From Hypanus sabinus (lineage: Eukaryota): DNA of 64,000 nucleotides. The translations under genes were made by a program, and so were the position numbers. Every line of letters starts with the position of its first letter. The stretch's first letter is position 1. The notes under the pieces were generated by a model that was not told where the DNA came from, made no database searches, and saw only the letters and a list, made by a program, of their open reading frames with translations. This document shows, piece after piece, positions 22,798 through 36,310 of the stretch. Where the stretch lies: positions 13,082,001-13,146,000 of the forward strand of contig NC_082712.1 of assembly GCF_030144855.1 (NCBI RefSeq). The letters run 5' to 3'.

Positions 22798-25440
22798 TGA
22801 GTAGGTGTGATGTCGACCTGAACTGGTCATCTTTTCTGAGTCTCAGTCTGGAAATTATCTTTGAGGGATTCTTAAACAAGGTCTCCCAAGTCATTTTGCT
22901 CAGCTGCTTTTTTTGTATTTTCTCTGTATTTTCTCCCCATTTAAAAAAAATAGTTAACCTTTCATTTATTCTGCCAATGTGTATGACCATACACTTACCG
23001 ACAATGCATTCCATCTCCACTTCTTTCCCCATTCTCCTAATCTGTCTAGGTCCTTCTGTAGTCATTCCACTTCCTCAAACCCACCTTGCCTTCCACATAT
23101 CTTCGTATCATCTGCAAAGTCTGCATCAAAGCCAACAATTCTATCATCCAAATCATTAACGTATAATGTACAATGAATTGGTCCCAACACAGGCCCCTGT
23201 GCAACATCACGAGTTACCGGCAGGCACCCAGAAAAGGCTCCCTTCATGCGAGGGGATCTCAGTGGGCTAGGCAGCATCTATGGAAAAGAGTAAGCAGTCG
23301 ATGTTTCTGGCTGGGACCCTTCATACCCTGATCTCTTTTATCCATGTTAGGATATTCGATGTAATACCTTGGGCAATGAATTCCACAGATTCACTATACC
23401 CTGACTAGCGAAGTCCTCCTCATCTCTGTTTTAATAGGACACCCCTCTATTCGGAGACTGTCCCTTCTGGTCCTAGACTCGCCACTATAGGAAGCATCCT
23501 CTCACCATCTCCTCGATCTCGGCTTTTCGACAGAATGCAATGAGCTCACCCCCTCCTACTCTGCTAAACACCATCGAGAACAGACCCAGAATCATCACAC
23601 TTTCCTCTTATGTTAACCCTCTCACTCCCTGAATCATTCTCGTGAACCTCTTCTGGAACATCTGCAATGCCAGCCCATATTTTCTTAGAGAAGGGGCCCA
23701 AAACTGGTCACAATGCTCCATGGCCCCAAATATAGCAAGATGTAGTTTAAAGTTTGATGTGTGTGTGTGTGGGGACGAATGTATTGTGGAGTGGGCAGAG
23801 GTGCAGCTTATAAGAGTTGGCAAGTTTGATTTCCACAGAATATGGTGAGTGCATTAAGACACACTGTGCTGTTTTTTCTTTAAGTTCGAAGAAAAGTTTT
23901 GGGCCTATATCTCCAAAAAGATGTGCTTTCTTTGGAGAGAGTCCAGAGGAGGTTCACGAGGAGGATTCCAGGAATGAAGGGGTTAACATACGAGTTCTGT
24001 TTGGCAGTTTTCTGCCTGTATTCGCTGGAATTTAGAAGGATGTGAGCAGATCTCATTGAAACCTAACGAATGTTGAAAGGACTATATAGTGTGGATGTAG
24101 AGAGGATGTTTCCTCTGTAGCAGGTAACCAGAGCTAAGAGGCACAGTCCCTAAACTGAAGGGTGACCTTGTAGAACAGAGGGAAGCAGGAATTTTTTAGC
24201 CAGAGTATAAACCTGTGGGATTCTCTGCCACAGACTGTGGTGGAGGCAGAGACTGTGGGCATATTTAAAGCAAAAGATGATCGTTTCCTGCTCGGTCAGG
24301 GCATCAAATGATTTGGTGAGAAGGCAAGTGTATCTGGATCAGCATTGATGGAATGACGGAGCAGACTCAATGGGCTAAATGGTCTAATTCTGCTCCTGTG
24401 TCTTAATGTTTTATTATCTAATGATGAAGTGAAGTTGATGAAGTCATTCCGTTTGGTTCATGAGCCTGATGCTTGGGGTAATAAGTATTCCTGACCCTCG
24501 TTCTGTCAGTCCTGAGACCCCTGTACCTTCTTCTCAATGGCAGCAGTGAGAGGGAGCATGTCCTGGGTGGTCGGGGTCCCTGATGACAGATGCTACTTTC
24601 CTGCATCAGCCTCCTGTGTACATGTGTTCAATAGTGGGGAAGGCTGTACCCGTGAAGGACTCTGTCGTATCCATTACATTTGTATGATTTTCCGTTCAAG
24701 GGCATTGGTGTTTCCCTGTCAGGCTGTGACGCACCCGGTCAATGTACTCGCCACCACACATCTGTAGAAGTTTGCCAATGTTTTAGATGTCGTGCCGATA
24801 CTTCGCAAACTCATAAAGAACAATACAGCACAGTACAGGCCATTCGGCCCACAATGATGTGCCAACCCTTAAACCCTGCCTCCCATATAACCCTCCACCT
24901 TAAATTCCTCCATATACCTGTCTAGTAGTCTCTTAAATTTCACTAGTGTATATGCCTCCACCACTGACTCAGGCAGTGCATTCCATGCACCAACCACTCT
25001 GAGTGAAAAACCTTCCTCTAATATCCCCCTTGAACTTCCCTCCCCTTTACCTTAAAGCCATGTACTCTTGTACTGAGCAGTGGTGCCCTGGGGAAGAGGC
25101 ACTGGCTGTCCACTCTGTCTATTCCTCTAAACATCTTGTATAGAAGTAGAGGTGCCTTGCAATTTCACATAGGTGGCGGGTCCAGGGCCGATTCTCGGAG
25201 ATAAAAACACGGAGGAATTTAGAGTTGCTGACCTTCTCCACCTCTGATCCTCCCATGAGTACTCGCTTATGGATCTCTTTGTTCCTCCTTCAGAAGTCAA
25301 TACTCAGCTCCTTGGTCTTGGTGACATTGAGTAAGAGGTTTGTGTTACAGCAGCCTCCCTCGACATTCCACCCTCGCCATTTCAAACATACTTTGCTCCT
25401 GCCAGATTCACAAACTCACTTTCTGCTTCATGCTGTCAAA

Positions 25441-25499
25441 TACAGTGCTGTGCTAAAGTCTTCGGCATCCCAGGTATAAGACTTTTGCACGCTACAGTA
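25441..25499. mobile_element. Tiny Tc1/mariner-like hairpin MITE
   Basis: TACAGTGCTGTGCTAAAGTCTT ... AAGACTTTTGCACGCTACAGTA: imperfect ~22-bp inverted termini bounded by TA. Confidence 0.55.
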
Positions 25500-25989
25500 T
25501 CTCAATGTTATAAGACTGTTGATAATTGTAAGTTTAGATGGTTTCTTGATCTCACAATTCACCCTGTCATTGCGTCGCACTTCCTGGTTTGCCTTATAAT
25601 AGAAACATAGAAAACCTACAGCACAATGCAGGCCCTTCGGCCCACAAAGTTGTGCCGAACATGTCCCTACCTTAGAAGTTACTAGATTACTAGGCTTACT
25701 CTGTTTTCCTAAACTCCATGTACCTATCCAAAAGTCTCTTAAAAGACCCTATCGTATCCATCTCCACCACTGTTGCCGGCAGCCTGTTCTGTTGGTTAGG
25801 AAGTCCATTTAATCTATTTGCACACTGCAATGAACTGAACCTTTATTGTTAATCTGCTTGAAGCCTTTCCATCACAAGATGAAAAGAAAACCCCAGTTCA
25901 GTGAGCTGTACTTAGCAGGACATAGTGACACAGTAATTAGGGATCATTGCTTTATCAGAGGCGTCTTTTGTTGGAAAAACACTAACATT

Positions 25990-26740
25990 CATTTGAATAT
26001 CCTACCTCTAAACATACGTATCTTTACCTCCCCCCCCCCCCCCCCCCCGCTTTCTATAGGGATCGCTCCCTCCCCACTAATCTCGCTCCTGGCGCTTATC
26101 CCTGTAAGCAGCCTAAGTGTTGTACCTACCCATATACCACCTCCCTTCAGGGCCCAAGGCAGTGCTTCCAGGTGGGACAACACTTCACCTGAATATCTGC
26201 TGGGGTTGTCTATTGTGTCCAGTGTGGCCCCTTCAACTTTGGTGAGACTCGTCGTAAATTGGGGGACCGCTTCAAAGAGTACCTCCGCTCCATTCGCCAG
26301 AAGAGGAACTTTACGATGGCTGAACATTTTAATTGTATTCCCATTCCTGTTCTGATGTGTCGTTCCATGGTTTCCTCTTGTGCCGTGATGAGATCCCCCT
26401 CAGGGCAGAGCAGCGACACCTTATATTCCGCCTGGGTAAGCTCCAACCCGAATACATGAATATCGATTTCTCCTTCCGGTAAATCAATTCTACCCTAACC
26501 TCCATCTTCCTCTATTCCCCACTCTGACCATTTTACCTCCTCTCAACTATTACTCCACCCGCCCCCCCACCGAGTCTCCTCCTTCCCTTTTTTCTATGGT
26601 CCACTCTCCTGTCCCATCAGATTCCTTTGTCGGCTCTTGACCTTCCCCAGCCATTTGGCTTCACCGCTCAACTTCCTGCTGGCCCTCCCCTACCCCCACC
26701 TTTACACTCTGGCACCTTCCCCCCTTCCTTCCCAGTCCTG
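25990..26740 (+). mobile_element. Penelope-like element 3' fragment (GIY-YIG endonuclease)
   Basis: 'GDRFKEYLRSIRQKRNFTMAEHFN', preceded by a degenerate 'VVYC..GETRR' motif. Confidence 0.7.
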
Positions 26741-27140
26741 AAGAATGCTCATGACATTTTGCCATACTAGTTGGTTTCCTTTATGATTGGATTTGTACTT
26801 GTGGTTTCATTGGAATTGTTCTTCAGGGGTATAAATTTGCCTCGAATCACTATTGCTTCATCTCTGATAATAAATTTTGTCCTGTAAAATGTTTTCCAGT
26901 ATTTTCCCTTCCACTCTTGAACGATTCACAAACACAGCGGCTGAGCTTAGAATGTGGATCAGTGCTGTGATGTTGCGCCCATTAAAGATACTTCGATGGC
27001 TCGGGGCAGGAATGGCTACTTCGAATGCCAGGCTTTAGATGTTTCCGAAAGGACAGGGGAGGAGGAAAGAGAGATGAAGGCGTGACACTGCTGATCGGAG
27101 ATAGTGACACGGCTGCAGAGAAGGAGGAAGTCATGGAGGG

Positions 27141-28100
27141 TGTCATAATGTGGGGGCAAGGGTGCTGGGGAAGGACCCAAATGCAGGACACAAACACATT
27201 TTGTCGGGTTAACTAAATAGAGTTTATTACTACTTACAAGGAGAGCCGGGACGAAAGGATAGAACAGAGAGAAATCAAGGAGAGCAAAGTGGAACCGGGA
27301 ATAGGTGTAATGGACAAGGACTCAGGCCCTGGACTAGGCTGGGACTCAGGGTCTGGGCTAGGACTTGGAACTCGGACATCGCAGCCAGAACTCGGATCGC
27401 GGACCTTGGAGCCAGGACGCGATACTTAAACACAGGACATTGAGCACTGAGCCAGGACTCCTTAGACGCAGTATATGGAGCCGGAACTCTTATTCCCCGG
27501 ACAGACTCAGACACAGGATAAAAAGCATTGAGCCGGGAATCCTCCTTAGACACAGGACGGAGTCGGGACTCTTCTTGACACAGTGTCAGGACGCCTTTGA
27601 AACACAGGGCATGGATACGGAGACCACACAACGATAGTCGGTACTATAACTGGGCACAAGTTTGCCCCAAGCAGCGGTGAGCTCTTGACTCACCCTGGCG
27701 GGTTAACCTTGCCGGACCTGCTCGGGCTTGCTGGTACTTCCTTCAGGAGGAGACGTGGCTTGCTCCGGCTAGATGACTTTGACTCACACCAACTTCGTTA
27801 ACACTCACTCGCTGAACGGCTGAAGCCGGAAACTTATAAACTGCCGGTTCGGTCGCGAGTAAATTGCCTTTAATCACCAAGCCCAAGGGACACGGGAAAA
27901 CCAGGAATTAAAGGGAAATAAGGATCCAACGGTCGGATCGTAACACAAACAAGGTAAATTTAAAGTGAACACAATCCGGACCCTGACAGTATCCACCCCC
28001 CAATGGGAGCCTCCAGGCGACCAACAGGTTTGCCCGGATTATCAATGACCCGGGTGGTGAAGGGGGTTTTGGTCGGTGGGCAAGACAGAACAAGACCTTG
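27141..28100 (-). mobile_element. Gypsy 3' LTR (27141-27988) with polypurine tract and a truncated internal end
   Basis: The minus strand reads PPT-like GGGGGGTGGATAC, then TGTCAGGGTCC ... TATGACA. The adjacent internal remnant 'NPGKPVG..PGGSH' resembles a Gypsy pol C-terminus. Inserted in a CR1 endonuclease fragment. Confidence 0.75.
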
Positions 28101-30089
28101 CCCTTATATAACTGACGTATTTACCCCGTGGCTAAAGTGATAACTGGGACTTTGAGTCACTGTCTTGAATTGCACTCTGTGCGGGATTCTGGCTGACGAG
28201 AGTTTGAAAAAAGTGTTTGTGTCTGCTGGGTCCATGTTCGGCGAGAGCGCTCTGTCACAATGTAGGAGCAAGGCTGCTGGGGAAGGACCCTGATGCACCA
28301 TCAATAACTCTCGGAGACTGGAAGTGAACGATAGGCTTCCATTAGCAGCAAGAGGGAGCACGACATCTCGGAGACTGAGGGAGGAGCAGTGCCCCAATCG
28401 CCTCTATACAGGGGTCTGTGGGAGAAGCCACAGGAGCAGTCAGCAGAGGGGCATGTCCAGACAGGTATACATAGTTTACCACAGACCCTGATGCAGGGCA
28501 CAAACAAAGAATGTTTACGTTCTCGCGATGTAGATTAGAAGTTTTTATCGATGCACAATAGAAAGCATTGGATATATAATGCTTTGCTGTGGGAATTATT
28601 CTGCATGAAACCATAGGAATCCGTAGACACAGCTCAGCTCATCTCAGGAACCAGCTTCCCCTCTGCGGACTTTGTCTCGGTAAAGGGCCAGCAGAACCAG
28701 ACAGCCCGAATACCCCGGAGGTCCTCTCATCTGTCCTCTCCAGATGCCAGAGCCTGAAAGCACCGACCACCAGGCTCAAGGTCAGCTTCGATGGGACATT
28801 TCAATGGACCTATTGTGAAATAAGCCTCTTGCCCTGACAACAGTTGAACAGTACAGCACATGAGCAGGCCAATCGGTCCATCTAGTCTATGCTGAACAAT
28901 TGTGCTGCCTAGTCCCATGGAAATTCAGTGGTACCAGAGCCCTTCACACACCTCACATCCGCATTAGGGGGTGAAATTGACCCCGCATCCGCTACTTACA
29001 CTGGCAGTCCATCCACGTTCTCACCACATACTGAGTAAAAAACACTCCCTCAGATTCACTCTGAACATTTCACCCTTCACCCGGTATCCTGACGTCTAGT
29101 TCTGATCGCGCTCGTCCTCCGGGGGAAAGGCCTCCTTGCATTTACCCTGTCCATAACACTTGGAATTTCACAGATCCTGCAAACCGAAAGCAGCATGCAC
29201 AAAATGCAGGAGGAACACAGCAGGACAGGCATCGTCCGTGACAATGAACAAACCGTCGGCATTTCGGGACGGGAATGGAAGGCGGAAGGCTCCAGAATGA
29301 ACATGTGGATTGAGGGGAAGAAGGATAGCTGGAAAGTAATCGGTGAAGCGAGGTGGGTGGGAACTACAAAGGGCAGGAGATGAAGGTATCTGACAGGAGA
29401 GGAGAGTGAACCATAGAGACAGGGAAGGAGAAAGGGCAACAGGGGCAGGTGATAGATAAGTTGAGAAGAGGTAAGGGTTCCGATTGGGGAATAGAAGAAC
29501 AGGGGTGGGGGAATTTTTGTACCAGAAGGAGAAATCAACATTCATGCCATTAGGTTGGAGGCTTCGCAGATGGAATATAATGTGTTGCTCCTCATCTTGA
29601 GGGTGGCTTCATTGTGACAGAAAAAGAGGCCATAGACTGAGATGTCAGAACAGGTTGGAAATCAGATTTCAAATGTTGTGTCACTTGGAGGTTCTGCTTT
29701 TGGCGGATGGATGGACCTGTTCTATTCCTCTCATAGCTTTGTATCGCTTCATCAAATGTCCTCTTATTCTCCTGCGCTTCAGACAATAAGGTCCTAACGT
29801 ATGTAACTTTTCCCTGTAGCTCAGGTCCCCAAGACCAACACATCTTGTCATATTTTTGGGCACTCTTTCAAACTTATTGATATCTTGGCTACAGGAGGGT
29901 GACCAGAAATGCACAAATACCCACTTACATCTGATACAACTTGAACATAACATGCCAATTCTTGTACTCAATACTTTGATTTGTGAGGACCAACGTGCCA
30001 AAATCTCTTTGGTCTTCAGGGTATATCAATGTGATGTATTTTTGGATTTGTGAAATTCCTTCAGTATCTCTGGGCATTACAATTGTGAC

Positions 30090-33000
30090 AAGTGCAGCCA
30101 GCTGCAGCTTCTAACAATCCGTGTTAAGGAGTTGGAGTGGAATTGGATGAACTCTGGTCATTCGAAAGGCTGAAGGGATGATAGATAGGACATGTAGCGA
30201 GGTAGTTACACACAAGGGAAAGGTCATAGGGAAGTGGGTGACAGTCAGGAAATAGAAAGGGGTAAAGGAGCCAGTGCAGAGTACCCCTGTGGCCACCCCC
30301 CTCAAAATCAGGTATATTACTTTGGACACTATGGGGGCGGGATGGGGGAGGAATATGACCTCGCAGTGGAAATTCGCAGCGGGCGTTTCTCTATCACTGA
30401 GTCTGGCTCTGTGACACAGAAGGGTTGTACGGAGATAAGGCACCCTGTGTTGTTAGGGATTCGTTAGTTAGTGGAGCAGACAGGAGACTCTGTGGGTGAA
30501 AACGAGATTCCCGATGTGGCTTCCCGGCTGCCAGGTTCCGGGGCATCTCGGATCGAGTTCTCTGCAATCTGAATTGGGAGAGTGAACACCCAGAGGTTGT
30601 GATCCATGCAGGTACCAAGGACGAGTGACGAGTTCTGCACAGGGGGTTCAGAAAGTTAATTGCTAAGTTAAAGGGCAGGACCTCCAAGGTTGTGATCCTA
30701 GGATTGGTATTCGTGTCACGGGCTAGTGACATCAGAACTAGATAATTATACAGTTTAACACGTAGGTAAGGAGTTGATGTAGGAGTGAAGGATCACTGGG
30801 ATCTCTTCGAAGGAAAGTGGACTGGTATAGAAGGGAGGGTTGGCACCTAAACTGGTGTGGAACTAACATCCCAGCGTGAAGGATTGTTAATGGTGCATGG
30901 TGGTATTTAAATTAGAATTGCAGTGGAATGGAAAATAGAGTGCCAGAACAATTAGTGGAGAGGTTGTGGAAACAGATGATGAAAAACCTCAAAGTTGAGA
31001 ATCAAAAAGTTCAGCATGGTGCGACTATGACCTGAGCGGCATATATTTCAATGCAAGAAGTATCATAATATAGGTGGATGAGCTCAGGCTATGGATCAGA
31101 TCCTGGAATTATGACATTGTAGCCATGAGAGAAACTTGGTTGCAGGAGGGGCAGAACTGGCACCCTAATATTCAGGGGTTTTGTTGTTTTAGACATAACA
31201 GAGTGGGAAGGGTTAAAGGAGGAAGTGTGGAGTTACTAGTCAGAGCAAATGTCAGGGCAGTGGGACATCAGGATAGACTGGTGAACTCGTCTAGAGAGGC
31301 GTTATGGGTGGAACTGAGAGATAAGAAGTTATGACCACATTAATGGGGCGATATTACAGACCATCTGACAGTCTGCGGGATTTAGATGTAAAGAGATCGC
31401 AGACTGTTGCAATAAACATAAGGTTGGTATTGGAGGTGATTTTGCGTTTCCACTTATTGACTGGGGATCCCATGCCATAAAAGGACTAGATAGGATAAAG
31501 TTTGTGTTCAAGAAAGTTATCTTCATCAGTACGTGGAAGTCCCAATGAGAGCGTGTGATAGGATCTGCTGTTAGGAAATGAGATAGGACAGGTGACAGAA
31601 GTTTCTGTAGGGGAACACTGCATTTAGCCACCTTAAAGCCATTAGCTTGTTTCAACATTTTGAAGGGATAATGAGGCCTGGGTTAAGAGAAAGAAAGTAG
31701 GTGCATAGCAGGTAAATGAAGGAATGTCACAGTCCAGTCCGCGGACTCTGGGCTCCGGGTCTTCCGGCTGTCCCTTGTTTTGGTTGGACTTAAATATAAG
31801 CAGCTGATGCTCATCTTGGGGATGGGTATTTCAGTGGCCCAGGGATTGAGTGTGTTTGGGGGGTTGTTTTGTCAAGATTCCCTGGGAGCAAATGGCTGGT
31901 GGAAGGCTAGAACAGCTACTTGCCAGCTTTAGGCCATGTTGGAGAACCATGGCTTCTTGGAGTCTTGCTGTCGTTGCAGTATGGATTCAGCTGCTTCCCG
32001 GGCCAGCTGGGTGGCTGTCAGCCTCTCTGAGCTAGGTGGGGATCTGGTTGTTTCTGTAGCCAGCCGAGGTTGATGGCCGTAACTGGGAGCAGCCCTGATG
32101 CAGAGATGGAACTTTCTGTTGTTCTTTGATGTTTGTCTCTTCCTGTCTTCACCCTGTGGAGTCAGTCAGGCTGTTCTGCCATTGCCCTGTGGGATGATCT
32201 GTCTTGTTCTCTCCTCTGTGGGTTAAGTCATGCTGTTCTGCTGTTGCCCTGCAGATGGAATCTGTCCTGTTTTGTCTTTACCTCCATCGGGTAACTCTGG
32301 CTGTTCTGATGGGTGGACCTGTCCTGCCTTGGTGTGGAGTGAAAGTTGAGTCCTGGCTTGTTGAAGGATAGGTCCTGGCTCTGTGTCTATGTACTGTCCA
32401 ATCTCATGATCGTGTCTTGTTAAAGAGGAGTCCTGGCTTGTCGACGGATAAGCCCTGGCTTTATGTTGATGTACGGTTCCGAGTCTGCCTTCAAGAGCCC
32501 AGCCTCGAGCCTCGAGCCTCAAGCTCCAAGAAACCTGGCCTGGTCCTGCTTCCCTAGCCTAGTCTGCAACCTGTCCTGTCCTTTAGTTTTGTCCCGTCCC
32601 GTTCCTAGTACTTCAGTGTCTGTGTCCTGCATTTGGGTCCATTCCCCAAACCCCCTATATGACAAGGAAGGAACAAATGAGAAGTTTATGGAGTAGAAGT
32701 AATGCAAGAGATACATAAGTAAGTAATCAGGGAGGCTAAAAGAAGGCATGACGTTACTCTAGCAGGAACTGTGAAGCAAAATCCTAGGGGTTTCAGCAAT
32801 ATATTAAAAGCAAAAGGATTGCAATGTACAAAATATCCTCTGGAGGGCCAGATTGCTAATCAGTCTGTGGAGCAAAAACAAATGGTGGAGATTTTAATTA
32901 TTTTTTGCATCTGCATTTACTTGAGATGTGGACACAGATTCTATAGAAGTGAAGCAAAACACATTAACTTCATGGGTCCTGTACAGATTGCAGAGTCGGT

Positions 33001-34415
33001 ATTTGCTATCCTGAGGCAAATCAGGGTGGATAAATCCCCAGGGCCTTACAAGGTATTCCCTCAGACCCTAAGGGATGCAAACGCAGAAATTGCCGGAGAC
33101 CTAGCAGAGATATTTACATCATCATTAGTGTCAGGAAAAGTACCAGAGGATTGTAGGATACCTATGTTCTGCTGTTTTTTAAAAAAGGTTCCAAATATTA
33201 ACCATCAAATTATAGTCCAGTGATTCTGACATCAGTTGTGGGAAAGCTAAAGGAGGGTATTCTAAGGGGACCGGCCATGTAAGTATTTCGATAGAAATGG
33301 ACTGATTAAGGTTAGTCAGCATGGGTTCATGCATGGTAGGTTATGTCTAATCAATTTGGTCGAGTTTTTTGAGGACATTACCAAAAAATTTGAAGAAGGC
33401 AAGGCAGTGGATGTTGTCTACATTGACTTCAGTAAAACCTTTGTCAAAGTCCCACATGGGTGACTGGTCAAAATGGTACAGATGATGTCCATCCAAGATG
33501 ATGTAGTAAATCAGATTTGAGGCAGATGCCAGAGAGTTGTAGTAGATGGTTAGCTCTCTGACTGGAGGTCTGTAGCTAGTGGAGTGCCGCAGGGTTCAGT
33601 GCCGGGCCCTTTGTTGTGTCAGTGATCTGGATGGTATTGTGGTTAACTGGATCAGCAAATTTGCGGATGACACCAAGAATGGGGTTGTAGTGGACAGTGG
33701 GGAAAGTTATCAGGGCTTGCAAAAAAATCTTTGAAAAAAGATTCTGGGAATATTGGTCCATAATTCATTGAAAGTGTCACAAATATAAAGGCTGTAAATA
33801 AGACTTCTGCTACATTGGCCTTCGTACATAAATGTATTGAGTACAGGAGATGGAATGTTATGTCGAGGTTGTATAAGTATTTGGTAAAGCCTAATATGGC
33901 ATACTGCGTGCAGTTTTGGTCAACTACTTACCAGAGAGAAGTAAATAAGGTCGAAAGTATACGGAGAAAATTTACAAAGATGTTGCCAGGTCTGAAGGAC
34001 CTGGTTTGTAAGGAAACATTGAATGGGTTACTTTATTCATTAGAACATAGAAGATTGAGAGGAGACTTGATAGAGGTATACAACATTTTGAGGGTATAGA
34101 CAGGGTTAATGTAAGCAGGCTTTTCCCACTGAGGTTCGGTGGGGCTACAACCACAGATCATGGGTTAAGGGTGAAAGGTGAATAGTTTAAGGGGTACATG
34201 AGGGGAAACTTCTTCACTCAGAGGGCCGTGAGTGTGTGGAACGAGCTGCCAGTACAAGTGGTGCATGCAACCGCGATTTCAATGTTTCAGAGAGAAGTTT
34301 AGATGGGTACATGGATGCCGATGCCCCGGTGCAACTCGAAAGGAATAAACAGTTAAAATGGTTTCAGTATGGACTAGATGGGCAAAGGGCCTGTTTATGT
34401 GCTGTACTTCTCTAT
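30090..34415 (+). mobile_element. Long decayed CR1 LINE (ORF1 esterase remnant, ORF2, 3' tail), interrupted by a solo LTR
   Basis: GDS-type ORF1 remnant near 30450; 'WNYDIVA', 'SPGPYKVFP', 'YKYLVKP..YCVQFWS', 'LRGDLIEVY'. Boundaries approximate. Confidence 0.85.
31725..32664 (+). mobile_element. Gypsy-type solo LTR with a 5-bp target-site duplication
   Basis: TGTCAC...TATGACA, flanked by AGGAA at 31720-31724 and 32665-32669. Its 3' end resembles the LTR at 27141. Confidence 0.9.
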
Positions 34416-35611
34416 GACACTAATGGAGTAAAGATCCCTTACTATAGTTATGTGAGGGACTGTCAAGTGTTCATCTGGGGTATAATGTTCCCCCTCGTGT
34501 GCATGTGTCCACGCACACACATCTTCTGCTACTGACACACAGAGGAATTTAAACTGCGCTCAGAAGGTAGTCACCCTCTCCCTTGCTGGCATGTTAAGTA
34601 TATTCCACGATCATACACGGTCACATTTCCTTTTCCAGTTTCTGAGGCGGATGGAGTTGACAACATGGGGTTTGCAATTATTTATCTCCAGATTTTAGAA
34701 CGGGCTTAGTTATACTATTTTTTATTGACGAAATTATTCACAGCACACAGGTTGCTGTCACCGGCCAAAGAAAAAATTTCCACACACTGGTCATTACAAA
34801 TGAAAGGGAACTTTACCCAGTGGGGTAATATGCAGAAGATCGGAAAGTCAGTCGGAATATGGTAGAGCGGAAGGACAATAATTTGTCATGGTTTTAAATA
34901 AGGGAGTGTTTGAAAACTGGAGTACAATATACTCTATCTATCTATCTCCAGGGGCGTTTCAGGAGAATGATTCCTGGAATGAAAGGGTTAATGTATGAGG
35001 AACATCTGACAGCTCTGGGTCTGCCGCTGGAGTTTAGAAAAATGTGGGGGTGTGGGGGGGTGGGGAGAGGGTGGTCCCATTGAAACTTATCGAATGTGGA
35101 AAGGCCTGCATAGAATGGATGAGGAGAGTGTTCATATAGCGGGGGAGTCAAGAACCAGAGGGAACAGCCTCAGAAACCAGGACGTCCCTTAGAACGGAGA
35201 TGAGGAGGAATTTATTTAGCCAGATGGTGGTGGATATGCGGAATACATTGACGTAGATGACTGCGGAGGTTTACGGCGAGATGACGGGAGAATGGTTGAG
35301 AGGGATAACTAACCAGCCATAATGGAATGGGGAGCAGACCTGTTGGGCCGAATGGACAGGTTTGCTCCTATATCTTATAATCTATGATCTGACTCCAGGC
35401 TAAACTTCCTGTTCTAATGTTTAATTCCTGTCACTGTGATCTCCACATTCTTAGTAATATCCTTTTCTTATTCCTTCACAGACACGTTATCTTCCGTAGC
35501 TCCGTCAGGGTAAATCTGCTACATTATATGTATGTCTCGACACCTACAGATTTCAGTCAGTCTCTCCCCCTTTCCCTGAGTCTGGATTGACTTGTCTCAC
35601 TTTCTCTTCAG

Positions 35612-35712
35612 GGACAGACGCTTGTGCCGTGCTGACGTTGTGTATCCCACTCGGACTGAAAACCCTCGGCTTTTGATTGATGGGCGCCGTTCTCTACTGT
35701 GATCTACTCGGG
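35612..35712 (+). pseudogene. TMb: paralogous Lys-containing TM exon with an in-frame stop
   Basis: Same acceptor context as TMa. It encodes 'GTDACAVLTLCIPLGLKTLGF*LMGAVLYCDLLGYCM*', with TGA at 35674-35676 and a 3-nt deletion versus TMa. It lies in a duplicated block, about 35477-37470 versus 20355-22440. Confidence 0.82.
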
Positions 35713-36039
35713 TACTGTATGTAATAATGCTGAAGGCTCAGGCCGTGACGTGACTCTAATCCGATTCACTGGGACGGTCGGTGGGCGCTGGGACGTGATT
35801 CAAACACTTGAGGCGTCCCAGTCTTTAGTTGTCAACAAAAACTCGCTGCCCGATCACTGTTTGTGGGAGCTCGCAGAAATACTCATCAGAGTGACTACTA
35901 CATCATAAGAGTGACTGCTTCAGAAGTGTTTGTAAGCTGCTTAGCGTTTTGAGATACCTTTTGGATTGAATGTACCCGCTAAATACCTCCTGAATGAGAG
36001 ACAAATGTGAGGATCTGCAGGAGGGATGGGTTAGGACGC

Positions 36040-36310
36040 CACAGTAGCGCAGCGGTTAGCACGATGCGATTACACATTGGGCGTTCATTTCTGGCGTCCT
36101 TTGTTAGGAACTGTGTACGTTCTGCCCGTGTGTGGGTGGGTTTCCTCCAGCTGCTACGGTTCCATCCCACAATCTAAAGACGTCAGCAGGTTAATTGTTA
36201 ATTTTAAATCGTCCGGTGATTAGGCTGGGATTACATCGGTGAGGTGCTAGGTGTCACGGCTCGGTGGGCTGGTAGGGACTGTTCAGCCCTGTGTCTGTAA
36301 ACCATCACAT
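36040..36310 (+). mobile_element. tRNA-derived SINE (V-SINE-like)
   Basis: A-box-like GTAGCGCAGCGG followed by a conserved 'GGGTTTCCTCC..GCT.CGGT..CCCACA.TC.AAAGACGT' core. Confidence 0.6.

Noticed and set aside
25571-25593. ETS/PU.1-like site (ACTTCCTG) as a myeloid promoter
   Set aside because: It is a single 8-mer with no adjacent leader exon or other promoter evidence.
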